Shown one piece after another: positions 49,963-57,975 of a stretch of 64,000 nucleotides of DNA. Location of the stretch: assembly GCA_963662625.1 (NCBI GenBank), contig OY759726.1:96001-160000 (forward strand), read 5' to 3'. Numbering within the stretch: the first letter of the stretch is position 1; each line of letters starts with the position of its first letter. Below the pieces are notes generated by a model. That model saw nothing but the letters and a program-made list of their open reading frames with translations, made no database searches and had not been told where the DNA came from. Source of the stretch: Nitrosopumilus sp. (GTDB lineage: Archaea > Thermoproteota > Nitrososphaeria > Nitrososphaerales > Nitrosopumilaceae). The position numbers were made by a program, and so were the translations under genes.

Positions 49963-51639
49963 TCAGACCCTGGATGGGGAGGGAGCCCCACCCTTCCCTG
50001 CTCGGCTCGCAAGAATCACGTTTGCGACTTCCAGGCGGGTCCTCTGCTCCGCTAGGAGCTTGGACCTGCCCGGGAAGGGCCTGCAGGTTTCGAGTTCGGA
50101 GGCGAAGTCCTTCACCGCGCGGAGGAAGGCGTCAGCCATCTCCGGGGTGGCGCTTCGGATCATCCCCACGACCTCGGCCGAACCGATCAATGCGTTGTTG
50201 GTCTCGGGGTAAGAGTCCTCACCCCACCAGTACTTCTCGCCAAGGCGGTTCCCCTTGACGTATTGCAGGGCGGCGCGGTAGTTCGCGCCTCCCCCGTAGA
50301 GGGCCATCTCCCTGGCGCGGGAGAGGATCTTCCTCTTGGTGCCGACAGATTCCCTGACGGAGTCAGGGTTCGGGTGGGAGCGGAGCCCGTCCAGCTCGCC
50401 CTTGATGGTCCCGATGATCCGCTTGAGTCGGGGAAGGTCGGCCTCCTCCACCTCTCGGATCTGCTCCCCGAACGTCAGGGAGTCTTGGGGTTCCGGGCTG
50501 GGGCTGCTCCGCCTCCCGGCTCGGGCGGCGATCCCATCAGGGCGCCCGACGCAGTCCGCGCCGCGGACGCTGTCCCCCCAGCTCTTCCCGGTGGGAACGC
50601 GCTGGCCGCGCCCCCTCATCCCGACCTCGCGGCGCCTAGAGCGGCCGGCGACGCCAGGTTCGTACTCTGGGGAGCGCGTCCCGGAAGCCGGAACGGCCGG
50701 CAGCGCGCCGTCCCCGAACTCCGCGGACTTGAACGCGTCCACGGACTCGAGCCTCGCGGCCCCCATCTCCCTGGTCACCACCGCGTGGAGTCCGTGGCCG
50801 GGCGCCACCGCCGCCTTACGCGAGGACCTCGCGGCCCTGAAGGCGGAGGCGGTGAGGCACTTTGCGGCGTCTGCCAGCGTGCACTGCGGCTCCCCGGTCC
50901 AGGTGGTCGTGCCAAGGTACTCGCCGGACGTCCCGAACGCGTACCCCTTCACTGGCCTGGCGGGTTCCGCGGCCCGCTCCTGTGCCGCCCACCCATTGCC
51001 GTAGTACGGCTTGGGCGCGCGCCTCTGGCGCCTCTCGGCCATGCGGGTGGAGTGCTCGTCCATCAGGGCGAACTGCACCTCCTTGCCCTCGGGCACCTTC
51101 TCCATCTCAACGATGGGGGTGCCGCGGTTATGGTGGACGATGTCCCCGATCTCGACCCCATCGATTGGGAGTGAGATCACGTCGTCGTTCCACCTGGTGA
51201 CGTGGAGCGCGCCGCCCTTCCCGTCCTTGAAAATCACGGACGAGAAGGAGCCTCCAGTGGTGTCCTCCCCCACGCAGTTGACGAAGTCGTCTATCGCCCC
51301 GTCGTCATACGGCACCTCGAAGGCATCCATGCTGGTCTCGATGGTCTCGAGCGAGTGCCATTGCGCCAGCGGGCTCCTTTTCAGTTTCAGGATCTCCCCG
51401 GTGCCCAGCATCTCGATCCCGTCTAGGGTCAAGACTGCCAGGGAAGTCCCCTTGCAGTGGAACCGGATCCCGGTCCCATCCCTGCTTGCCTGCACCGGGA
51501 CCTTTAGTCCCAGCTTGCTCCTTATGCGCTTGCACACATGGGAGACTTTGTACTGCTCGCCGCCGACAATGATCATGCCGTTGGCGCTTCCCTTTTTGGG
51601 TCTGCTACTTGTGTTTGGATTTTTTTGATCGCATTTCAT
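49963..51639 (-). CDS. hypothetical protein, paralog family B
   Basis: GGAGGTG SD; shared N-domain and YVKGNRLGEKY..DSYPE segment. Confidence 0.7.
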   Translation of the reverse strand: MKCDQKNPNTSSRPKKGSANGMIIVGGEQYKVSHVCKRIRSKLGLKVPVQASRDGTGIRFHCKGTSLAVLTLDGIEMLGTGEILKLKRSPLAQWHSLETIETSMDAFEVPYDDGAIDDFVNCVGEDTTGGSFSSVIFKDGKGGALHVTRWNDDVISLPIDGVEIGDIVHHNRGTPIVEMEKVPEGKEVQFALMDEHSTRMAERRQRRAPKPYYGNGWAAQERAAEPARPVKGYAFGTSGEYLGTTTWTGEPQCTLADAAKCLTASAFRAARSSRKAAVAPGHGLHAVVTREMGAARLESVDAFKSAEFGDGALPAVPASGTRSPEYEPGVAGRSRRREVGMRGRGQRVPTGKSWGDSVRGADCVGRPDGIAARAGRRSSPSPEPQDSLTFGEQIREVEEADLPRLKRIIGTIKGELDGLRSHPNPDSVRESVGTKRKILSRAREMALYGGGANYRAALQYVKGNRLGEKYWWGEDSYPETNNALIGSAEVVGMIRSATPEMADAFLRAVKDFASELETCRPFPGRSKLLAEQRTRLEVANVILASRAGKGGAPSPSRV

Positions 51640-51910
51640 GAATCAATACACCTCCAATTGGCGTCGGTGACCGGTCAAGCCGGCCATGGAGCCATTCCGG
51701 ACTCCCGTGCTGAGAAAGAAAACTCAGTGGGTTTGGGGGGATCGCTCCCCCCGCGTCGCGACACGGATGATGTCGCGCCCCCGTCCGGGGGCCGGGCCGT
51801 GGAATCGGCCCTCGGGTTCCACACCGGCCTGCCTGTCAGCCCTCTCGGGTAACGCCGGTTTGAACTCGGATGTCAGGTCACGAAAAAATGGTTTGGGAAT
51901 GCTGAGGGTG

Positions 51911-52627
51911 TCAGCACCCGTGAACCCTGGCCCACACCTCGCCGCCGAATGAGCTGCCGCTGCAAGCCGACCTCGCCAACTCCGCGCCGCCTGACTGCAG
52001 CAGCAGGGCGTTGACCGAGACGCCGGTCCCGGACTGGCCGCACCAGACCTTGGCGTATGGCGAGCCGTACCCGTCGGTTCCGAGCCCCACGTCAATGACG
52101 TAGAGGGCGGGGCCGCCGACCGGGCAGAAGGAGTTCAGGGCGGAGTACGCCCCCCCATAGTGGGCGTTGGTCCTGACCATCGTGAGGTTCAGGATCCTGC
52201 CGTTTATGGAGAGGGTGTCCGGATCGATGATCCGGTCCACGCCGCCTGCCGTCGCCTGCCCAATGTCGGGCGGGTCCGAGTAGTCGTGGGCCGTTTCGGC
52301 CCCGTCCAACTCGGAGCAGAGGGAGAGCCCGCACACGACCCTTCCGGCGTCTCCCGCCGGTTCAGGCTCCTCCTCCGGAACCGGCTCCTCCACCGCCGCA
52401 GGCGCTTCTGGCGCCGGGTCGGGGAGGGAGACGTTCAGGATTTGGGGCCCGCAGGACGAGTGGGAGCACTGGCCTTCGCTGACAACCCTGTCCGCCGCCG
52501 GCGCGCTCCAGGAACCATGGGCACCCATCCCGCCGTTAAGGTAGGCAAAGCCGACCGAAAAGGCAAGGACCATGACCATGGCCACCAGGGACGCGACGAT
52601 GACGTTTCTAACAAAGTTGCTTGCCAT
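51911..52627 (-). CDS. membrane-anchored degenerate SNase-like protein
   Basis: IIDPDTL...KVWC...VNALLLQSG; RL..NTPE and YxR motifs missing. Confidence 0.7.
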   Translation of the reverse strand: MASNFVRNVIVASLVAMVMVLAFSVGFAYLNGGMGAHGSWSAPAADRVVSEGQCSHSSCGPQILNVSLPDPAPEAPAAVEEPVPEEEPEPAGDAGRVVCGLSLCSELDGAETAHDYSDPPDIGQATAGGVDRIIDPDTLSINGRILNLTMVRTNAHYGGAYSALNSFCPVGGPALYVIDVGLGTDGYGSPYAKVWCGQSGTGVSVNALLLQSGGAELARSACSGSSFGGEVWARVHGC

Positions 52628-52775
52628 CTTCTATCTCCTGTATTTTCGCCCTCCACACCGGCCTGCCTGTCAGCCGCCTTCGCGGTATTGCCGGTTTGAG
52701 GATGAATGTCAGGTCACAAAAATAGAGGGTTCCACCGCCAAGTGGCGGGTGGTGTCGGGGCCGCCTGGCGGCCCG

Positions 52776-52964
52776 TCAGTCGAACAGACTGTAGAACTGG
52801 CTGTCTGTAAGACGTGGGACTTCGCGGGTCTCGGAGTACATGTTTGACACGTACCTGCCGTGTTCCGGAAGGTAGATGCCCTTCCCCGGAACGTATCTCC
52901 CGATGCCCTGCAGTATGCGGGCGACGTCCCTGTGAGAGTGGCCCTCTGCCACTGAAGTTGCCAT
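52776..52964 (-). CDS. 62-aa hypothetical protein directly behind a hammerhead
   Basis: AUG lies 1 nt after the predicted cleavage site. Confidence 0.55.
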   Translation of the reverse strand: MATSVAEGHSHRDVARILQGIGRYVPGKGIYLPEHGRYVSNMYSETREVPRLTDSQFYSLFD

Positions 52965-53010
52965 GGACCCCGTTCCGGGGTTTCGGCCATCAAGGCCTCG
53001 TCAGCATGGC
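52960..53010 (-). ncRNA. type I hammerhead ribozyme
   Basis: GCCAUG-CUGACGA-GGCC(UUGAU)GGCC-GAA-ACCCCG(GAA)CGGGGU-C-CAUGGC; full core, three perfect stems. Confidence 0.93.
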
Positions 53011-53049
53011 TTCGTTTAGCGAAAAAAGGGGGAGGGTCCCCCGGGGTGG

Positions 53050-53646
53050 CTACCGCCTGCCGCCCATGCCGTCCCGGAGCCTTTGCCAGCGGGACTTTTT
53101 CGGTTCCACGACCTTTTTGGCGCAGAACTCGAGCCGCCGGAGGACCCCGCGGGGGAGGCACTCTTCCAGGTCAGACCTGGACTCCCCCCGGAGCAGCTGC
53201 TCCAGAACCGCCTTGCACTCGGCCGGCCCCATGGCTTGGAATTGCTCCCTGTACCAATCGGAACCGCGGAAGTCCGGCGGGTTGCAGACCAGGCACTCCT
53301 CCTCGTACTCGTCCCCGTGGGGATTGACGTGGTCGTGCGCGTCCGCTTGATCCTTTTCGATCAGTTTGGCGCCCAGCAGGTTCTGCTCGACCACCCGAGC
53401 CGATGGGAGTTCCCTCCATCCGGTGCCGATTGGCTTCCCGGAGACTACGTCCGTCAGTACGTCGCCGTCACTTATGGCGACAACATCGTTCTTGCAATAA
53501 AATTTGCAGGTTTGGCCCTCTGGGCCGGCTTGGGCGCGTACGGCGTCGTCGAGGCCTAGCCTCTCCTGTACGTGCTTGCAGACGCTTTTGGTTAAGAACG
53601 TCCTATCTCCTATGGAGATTTGCTTCATGACTGTTTGTTTTGCCAT
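53050..53646 (-). CDS. hypothetical protein, paralog family B
   Basis: ISIGDRTF...VCK...KFYC N-domain; H..PHG...CLVC. Confidence 0.7.
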   Translation of the reverse strand: MAKQTVMKQISIGDRTFLTKSVCKHVQERLGLDDAVRAQAGPEGQTCKFYCKNDVVAISDGDVLTDVVSGKPIGTGWRELPSARVVEQNLLGAKLIEKDQADAHDHVNPHGDEYEEECLVCNPPDFRGSDWYREQFQAMGPAECKAVLEQLLRGESRSDLEECLPRGVLRRLEFCAKKVVEPKKSRWQRLRDGMGGRR

Positions 53647-53695
53647 GCGACGCCCGTGTCGGGCGTTTCGACCATTCAGGTCTCATCAGGCAGGC
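53642..53695 (-). ncRNA. type I hammerhead ribozyme
   Basis: GCCUGC-CUGAUGA-GACC(UGAAU)GGUC-GAA-ACGCCC(GACAC)GGGCGU-C-GCAUGGC. Confidence 0.92.
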
Positions 53696-53743
53696 TGTCT
53701 GGGCGTCTTTCAAAAATTAAATACTCGGGGGTCCAACATCAGG

Positions 53744-53827
53744 TGGTGGGGGCTCAGTTGTCGTAATATCCAACTGTGTTCATCATGGAACAGTCAGTTG
53801 TCGTTTCATTCATCATCGCCCTCACCA
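53744..53827 (-). ncRNA. box C/D sRNA
   Basis: Terminal stem, AUGAUGA (C), 12 nt, CUGA (D'), 7 nt, AUGAUGA (C'), 22 nt, CUGA (D). Confidence 0.8.
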
Positions 53828-53896
53828 TCCAAGCCCGTCCCAAGGGACGGCCATCCCAAATCGAACACTAAAATAACTCAGGGGCCGCCTGGAGGT

Positions 53897-53967
53897 GGCG
53901 AGGGGTCAGATTTAGAATCAAATCACCATGTGATTCATAGTGCAAATCGTTCATCATCCCCCTCGCC
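53897..53967 (-). ncRNA. box C/D sRNA
   Basis: 9-bp terminal stem GGCGAGGGG/CCCCUCGCC, AUGAUGA, 12 nt, AUGA (D'), AUGGUGA (C'), 13 nt, CUGA. Confidence 0.8.
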
Positions 53968-54350
53968 TTGGAAACTTCAGGCCTGAATCGCCCCAAAACC
54001 GTGTACCTCCTGACGGGGGACACCTCTCCCCGGCTCCGGGAAATGTCCCTGTGACGGGAATGTTTGGTCGGCATGAAAAATCCAGCAGGGAAGATAGGGG
54101 GTTTACTAGGGTCCGATTTTGTGTTTGGTGTTTTGTTCCTATTTCGACCGGAACGCCCACCATAACCGCGAAGGATACTAGGGAGTTCGGGTTTTGTCGG
54201 AGCCCGCAGACGTCCTCCCCCGCAGGGTATATGGATCGCGCCGTCCCGGGGTTGCCAACGGGGCCACTGGCTGCCGGCGCGGCCGCGCCGTACAGGAACG
54301 TGGCACGTGCCACCAGGAATCCAAGACCCGCGTTAAATATCACTGCCGTT

Positions 54351-54650
54351 GTGTCCAGTGTGCCTGGGGCCATATTCAACACCGGGAGGAAGAGGAGGCT
54401 GCTGGACTCCCCAGACTCGCTGACCCCCAGGCAGCGGGCCAGGATCACCTACGCGGCAAAGGCGTCCATCCGCTCGGCGGTGGCTGACATGAGGGCAATC
54501 CTGGAGTCCGACAACGAGGCCCTGGGGTCGTTCCTGCTGGGGGAGCTTGCCTCCCTGCCTGGGACAGGGAGGATGCCGGGGGATCCGGAGGCCGGGGACA
54601 CAGTCGTGGACGACGGGGAGGAGTTCTGGACCGGCGCGGTGGAACTGTGA
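54351..54650 (+). CDS. small hypothetical protein
   Basis: Plausible helical ORF after an AT-rich box; start uncertain. Confidence 0.45.
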   Translation: MSSVPGAIFNTGRKRRLLDSPDSLTPRQRARITYAAKASIRSAVADMRAILESDNEALGSFLLGELASLPGTGRMPGDPEAGDTVVDDGEEFWTGAVEL

Positions 54651-54837
54651 GGCGTTGAATGCAGGCTCAGTGGTTGTGCGTGCCCGCGTGCCGAATCTGC
54701 CGACGCGCCTTCAGCGCCCTGTGGGGCCCAGCCTTCCCCGCGGGAACGCGTCCCGCATTCCCAAGCCACCCCAACAGGAACCAAGTCTGACCACCCACAT
54801 CATTAATTACCGTGCCCCACCCAAAATCACCAGAAAC

Positions 54838-55410
54838 ATGATCGCAGTTGAGATATACTATGTGCTTTTGGGCGCCGGAGTGGGCGCATTCACCTCGTTT
54901 CTAGGGAACTGCGCACTGGCAAAAATTACCGAAAGGAAGGAAACCGAAAGGACAAAGTCGGTGCTGAAAAAGGAGTTCCGGTGGATGTACAAAATACTGC
55001 TGAACAACCTTGTGGTTTGTGACATAATCAGGAATTCAGAACCCGGAGAGCGTGACGATTTCACAAAGTATTCTGTCCTTGGGCACATTCTGGTGGGCGG
55101 CGCCGTCCTGGACTCGTTAATGTCAAGCGGCTCCATACTGAGGCTCAAGCCCGAAGAGATCGGAAGGGTGAAAGCCATAGGAAATAACGTGGCCGCCTAC
55201 GACAACATGGTGGAATGGCTCCGGAACCGGCCGGAAAGGTTCAGCCCGGACGAATTGCTGGACACCATGAATAAGATAGAATCCGAGACCAAGCGAACCA
55301 TAGAATCGCTGGACTCGTTCAAATCCGAATGGATCGACATGGAGAAGGCCAAAAGGGAGGCCGGGGAGGAACTGAAACGCCACTCCGAGGATTGGACCCC
55401 GTTCTCCTAA
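54838..55410 (+). CDS. hypothetical protein with N-terminal TM
   Basis: MIAVEIYYVLLGAGVGAFTSFLG; lower GC. Confidence 0.65.
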   Translation: MIAVEIYYVLLGAGVGAFTSFLGNCALAKITERKETERTKSVLKKEFRWMYKILLNNLVVCDIIRNSEPGERDDFTKYSVLGHILVGGAVLDSLMSSGSILRLKPEEIGRVKAIGNNVAAYDNMVEWLRNRPERFSPDELLDTMNKIESETKRTIESLDSFKSEWIDMEKAKREAGEELKRHSEDWTPFS

Positions 55411-55513
55411 ACCCCGGTGCCTACAAGGCCAGCCTGGGAGGGGCTTCAAAGCCCGCTTTTAAACGGCGCGTGCCAACTATGCTGGTAACCGGAAGTGGCA
55501 CCGGTGGGTGGAA

Positions 55514-56461
55514 CTACCGCAGTCCGTAAGGCCCGACAAACCGTTCCCCGTCAAAGTGGATCATGTGGTCCGGGTCGTCGGCAACCCACACCTCGGTCTC
55601 CCACGATATGTCAGACGCGTATTTTCTCATGGTGTCCCTGTCTGCAAATGCCGTAACGTATACGATTCCGGCCTTAGCCCCAGAGAACATCCCCTGAAGC
55701 TCCCTTCTCCTCTTTGTGTCTACAGGGCCATGGCTTGTGACGGCCTCAATGACAAAAATCCATTCCCGCACCGTGTCGTACATCACCATGTCCGGCATCT
55801 TGCCGTGTGGATCCAGATTGACCCCGAGTTTTGAGAGTAAATTCCGGTCAAAGTACGCGAACTTTTTTGCAGTGTCGCCGACATATACGGGCACATGCTT
55901 CTTCATGAACCTGGAGGTGAATTCGACGTAGATGTCCCTCACGAGGTGGCTGTGTTCCCCGGCAGACAGACGAACCGTCTCCGCCGGTGAAACGTGTATG
56001 GAAACCGCCCCGTCCCTCCTCCTGTATGGGGTTCCCCCATGCCGCAATGGGTGCGTTGCAAGGTACATTTCGAGGTGCTTCTTCCAGGTCTTTTCCCCGT
56101 AGCTTTGCATCAGCTTTAGCGATTCCGGGGTGATCTGGTAGACGGTCTTGCCGCTGTTGGTTGGCCTGTCCGGATTGTCCGGGTTTTCTGATATCAGCGA
56201 CGCGTGCAGGAACTGGTGGATCGTCTGCCTCCGCACCGTCTCACGTGAGTTCGGCGCGTACCTCTTTCCGTAATGTTCCGCAAAGAAGTCCATCATCGGC
56301 GTGATCCCACGGAGCGGGTTTTTTGCCTTCTTCCATGTCCCGTCAGGCCTCAAGTCCAGCAGCGCAAGAAGCGTGAGCGCCGACCTGACGTTTTGCTGTC
56401 TTTTCGGGAGCCCGATCTGTTTCAGGACGTCCAATGCCTCCTCTACCCTTGGATGGATCAA
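55514..56461 (-). CDS. BsuBI/PstI family type II restriction endonuclease
   Basis: YAPNSRETVRRQTIHQF, HGKMPD, IEAVTSHGP and ISWETEVW motifs; TTG start overlaps the MTase stop. Confidence 0.93.
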   Translation of the reverse strand: MIHPRVEEALDVLKQIGLPKRQQNVRSALTLLALLDLRPDGTWKKAKNPLRGITPMMDFFAEHYGKRYAPNSRETVRRQTIHQFLHASLISENPDNPDRPTNSGKTVYQITPESLKLMQSYGEKTWKKHLEMYLATHPLRHGGTPYRRRDGAVSIHVSPAETVRLSAGEHSHLVRDIYVEFTSRFMKKHVPVYVGDTAKKFAYFDRNLLSKLGVNLDPHGKMPDMVMYDTVREWIFVIEAVTSHGPVDTKRRRELQGMFSGAKAGIVYVTAFADRDTMRKYASDISWETEVWVADDPDHMIHFDGERFVGPYGLR

Positions 56462-57975
56462 TGCCTCCCCGCCACCTGGCCGGACAGCAGTCCGCCTACC
56501 GCCCCGTCTATCTCGTCTTGGCCCATCCAACACGCGGTGCGCCGCCCAAGGCTCCCAATCTGCCTCTTGGACGGGTACCTCAGGTACCTCAAATCTGCGG
56601 CGTTGACCTGCGTGCTCCCGTTGAACTGTCGAAAATAGGCATCGACCGCGCTGGAGTTTAGAAAGGCCCACAGTCCTTGCGCCACATTGCCCGCAAGTGG
56701 ACCGCCGCCACTGTGAAAATAATTCACCCTGTTTTCAAAGCCCACCAGATCGGAATCGTGCTCACTGCCGCTCCACACGGATGCCGTGACTCTCCTCCTC
56801 TGTTCTACCGTGGTGAAGCGTTTCACCAGGACGTAGTGGCCATTGGCGACTAGGAGTTTTTTTGACCTTTCGCTTGGCGCGATAAAGTTACAGTGCTTTG
56901 TGTTCCTGCCAGGAAACTGTGTCTTCCCGTCAGATATGTTGAATGGCCTGACCAGGGGGACCGCGTCCTCCCCGTCAGAGAATCTGAGGTCGTCGCTTAT
57001 CCTGAAATCCACCACCTTTCCGGTGGAGACCTCGACGCCAATGTCGCTGAGCGTGCATGGGAGCCGGCGCATCATCTCGGATATCCGCGCCCCAGCCTCG
57101 TCTGGCACTATGTGTATGAACATGTGCGGATCGTCGCCGAACACGATGTCGGATTTTTCCACGCGCCTTTGCACCATGTCGTCCGCCGGGCCAACACTGG
57201 CGGACACCACGGCCTTCCTGTTGGCGCCGTTCTTTCTGGCGCATATTATCACGTTCTCCTGGAGCACCCCGTCGTCACTGAACGATGATGTCCTCGACCT
57301 GAACAGATGGATCCTTTTCGGGGACATCGATCCGAGGAAATCCCTCCTGAAAGGATGGAAATAGGCGCCGTTGCAGAAGCTCCGTGGCGAGATGAATGTC
57401 ATCTGGCCTCCCGTGCCTAGCAGGTTGTGGGAGATGGCGATGAACGCTGAATACATGTTTGTCGTCTGTAACCCGACGCCGCGCAGCGTACCATACGTGT
57501 CTGATGACACGTTGATCTTTTGGTACGGGGGGTTCATTATGACATGCGTGAAACCTCCGGAGAGGGCGTCAGCCGAGGCCGCATAGTCATCAATAAAGTC
57601 CCTCTTCTCCAGGATGCCGGAGAACTCCACCCCGACGTCCCGACACGCGTCGCCGGCATGCCCCAGCGCCGCGTCTATGCCGCCGGATAGTGCGCCATCT
57701 ACCTCGTAGGCCACCACATGTATCGAGTCAGGCAGTCGCCTCCTGTCACATATGCGCTGGACGCACGCGGTGAAGAGGGAACCGGCGCCGGCCCCTGGAT
57801 CAAGGATCCGGATGTCCTTTTGGGAATAGTCCATCATCGATGCCATGAGGTTGGCGACGGAGGGGCTGGAGAAGTACTGCCCGAGCTTTTCCTTTTTTGC
57901 AAGATTTTTGCCTAGCGATTGCCTTGCCGTGCAGGTTCGTTCCAGGAACCCGACGCCCTGCGCTGTGGCGGTCAC
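56458..57975 (-). CDS. N6-adenine DNA methyltransferase (BsuBI/PstI, Eco57I-like)
   Basis: LGQYFS, LDPGAGAG, NPPY and FNGSTQVNA motifs. Confidence 0.93.
   Translation of the reverse strand: MTATAQGVGFLERTCTARQSLGKNLAKKEKLGQYFSSPSVANLMASMMDYSQKDIRILDPGAGAGSLFTACVQRICDRRRLPDSIHVVAYEVDGALSGGIDAALGHAGDACRDVGVEFSGILEKRDFIDDYAASADALSGGFTHVIMNPPYQKINVSSDTYGTLRGVGLQTTNMYSAFIAISHNLLGTGGQMTFISPRSFCNGAYFHPFRRDFLGSMSPKRIHLFRSRTSSFSDDGVLQENVIICARKNGANRKAVVSASVGPADDMVQRRVEKSDIVFGDDPHMFIHIVPDEAGARISEMMRRLPCTLSDIGVEVSTGKVVDFRISDDLRFSDGEDAVPLVRPFNISDGKTQFPGRNTKHCNFIAPSERSKKLLVANGHYVLVKRFTTVEQRRRVTASVWSGSEHDSDLVGFENRVNYFHSGGGPLAGNVAQGLWAFLNSSAVDAYFRQFNGSTQVNAADLRYLRYPSKRQIGSLGRRTACWMGQDEIDGAVGGLLSGQVAGRH

Noticed and set aside
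49082-52722. 4-copy motif as a fluoride riboswitch or box C/D RNA
   Set aside because: Has AAACCG..GCUGA but lacks the 5' GAUGG..GUUC segment and any C box
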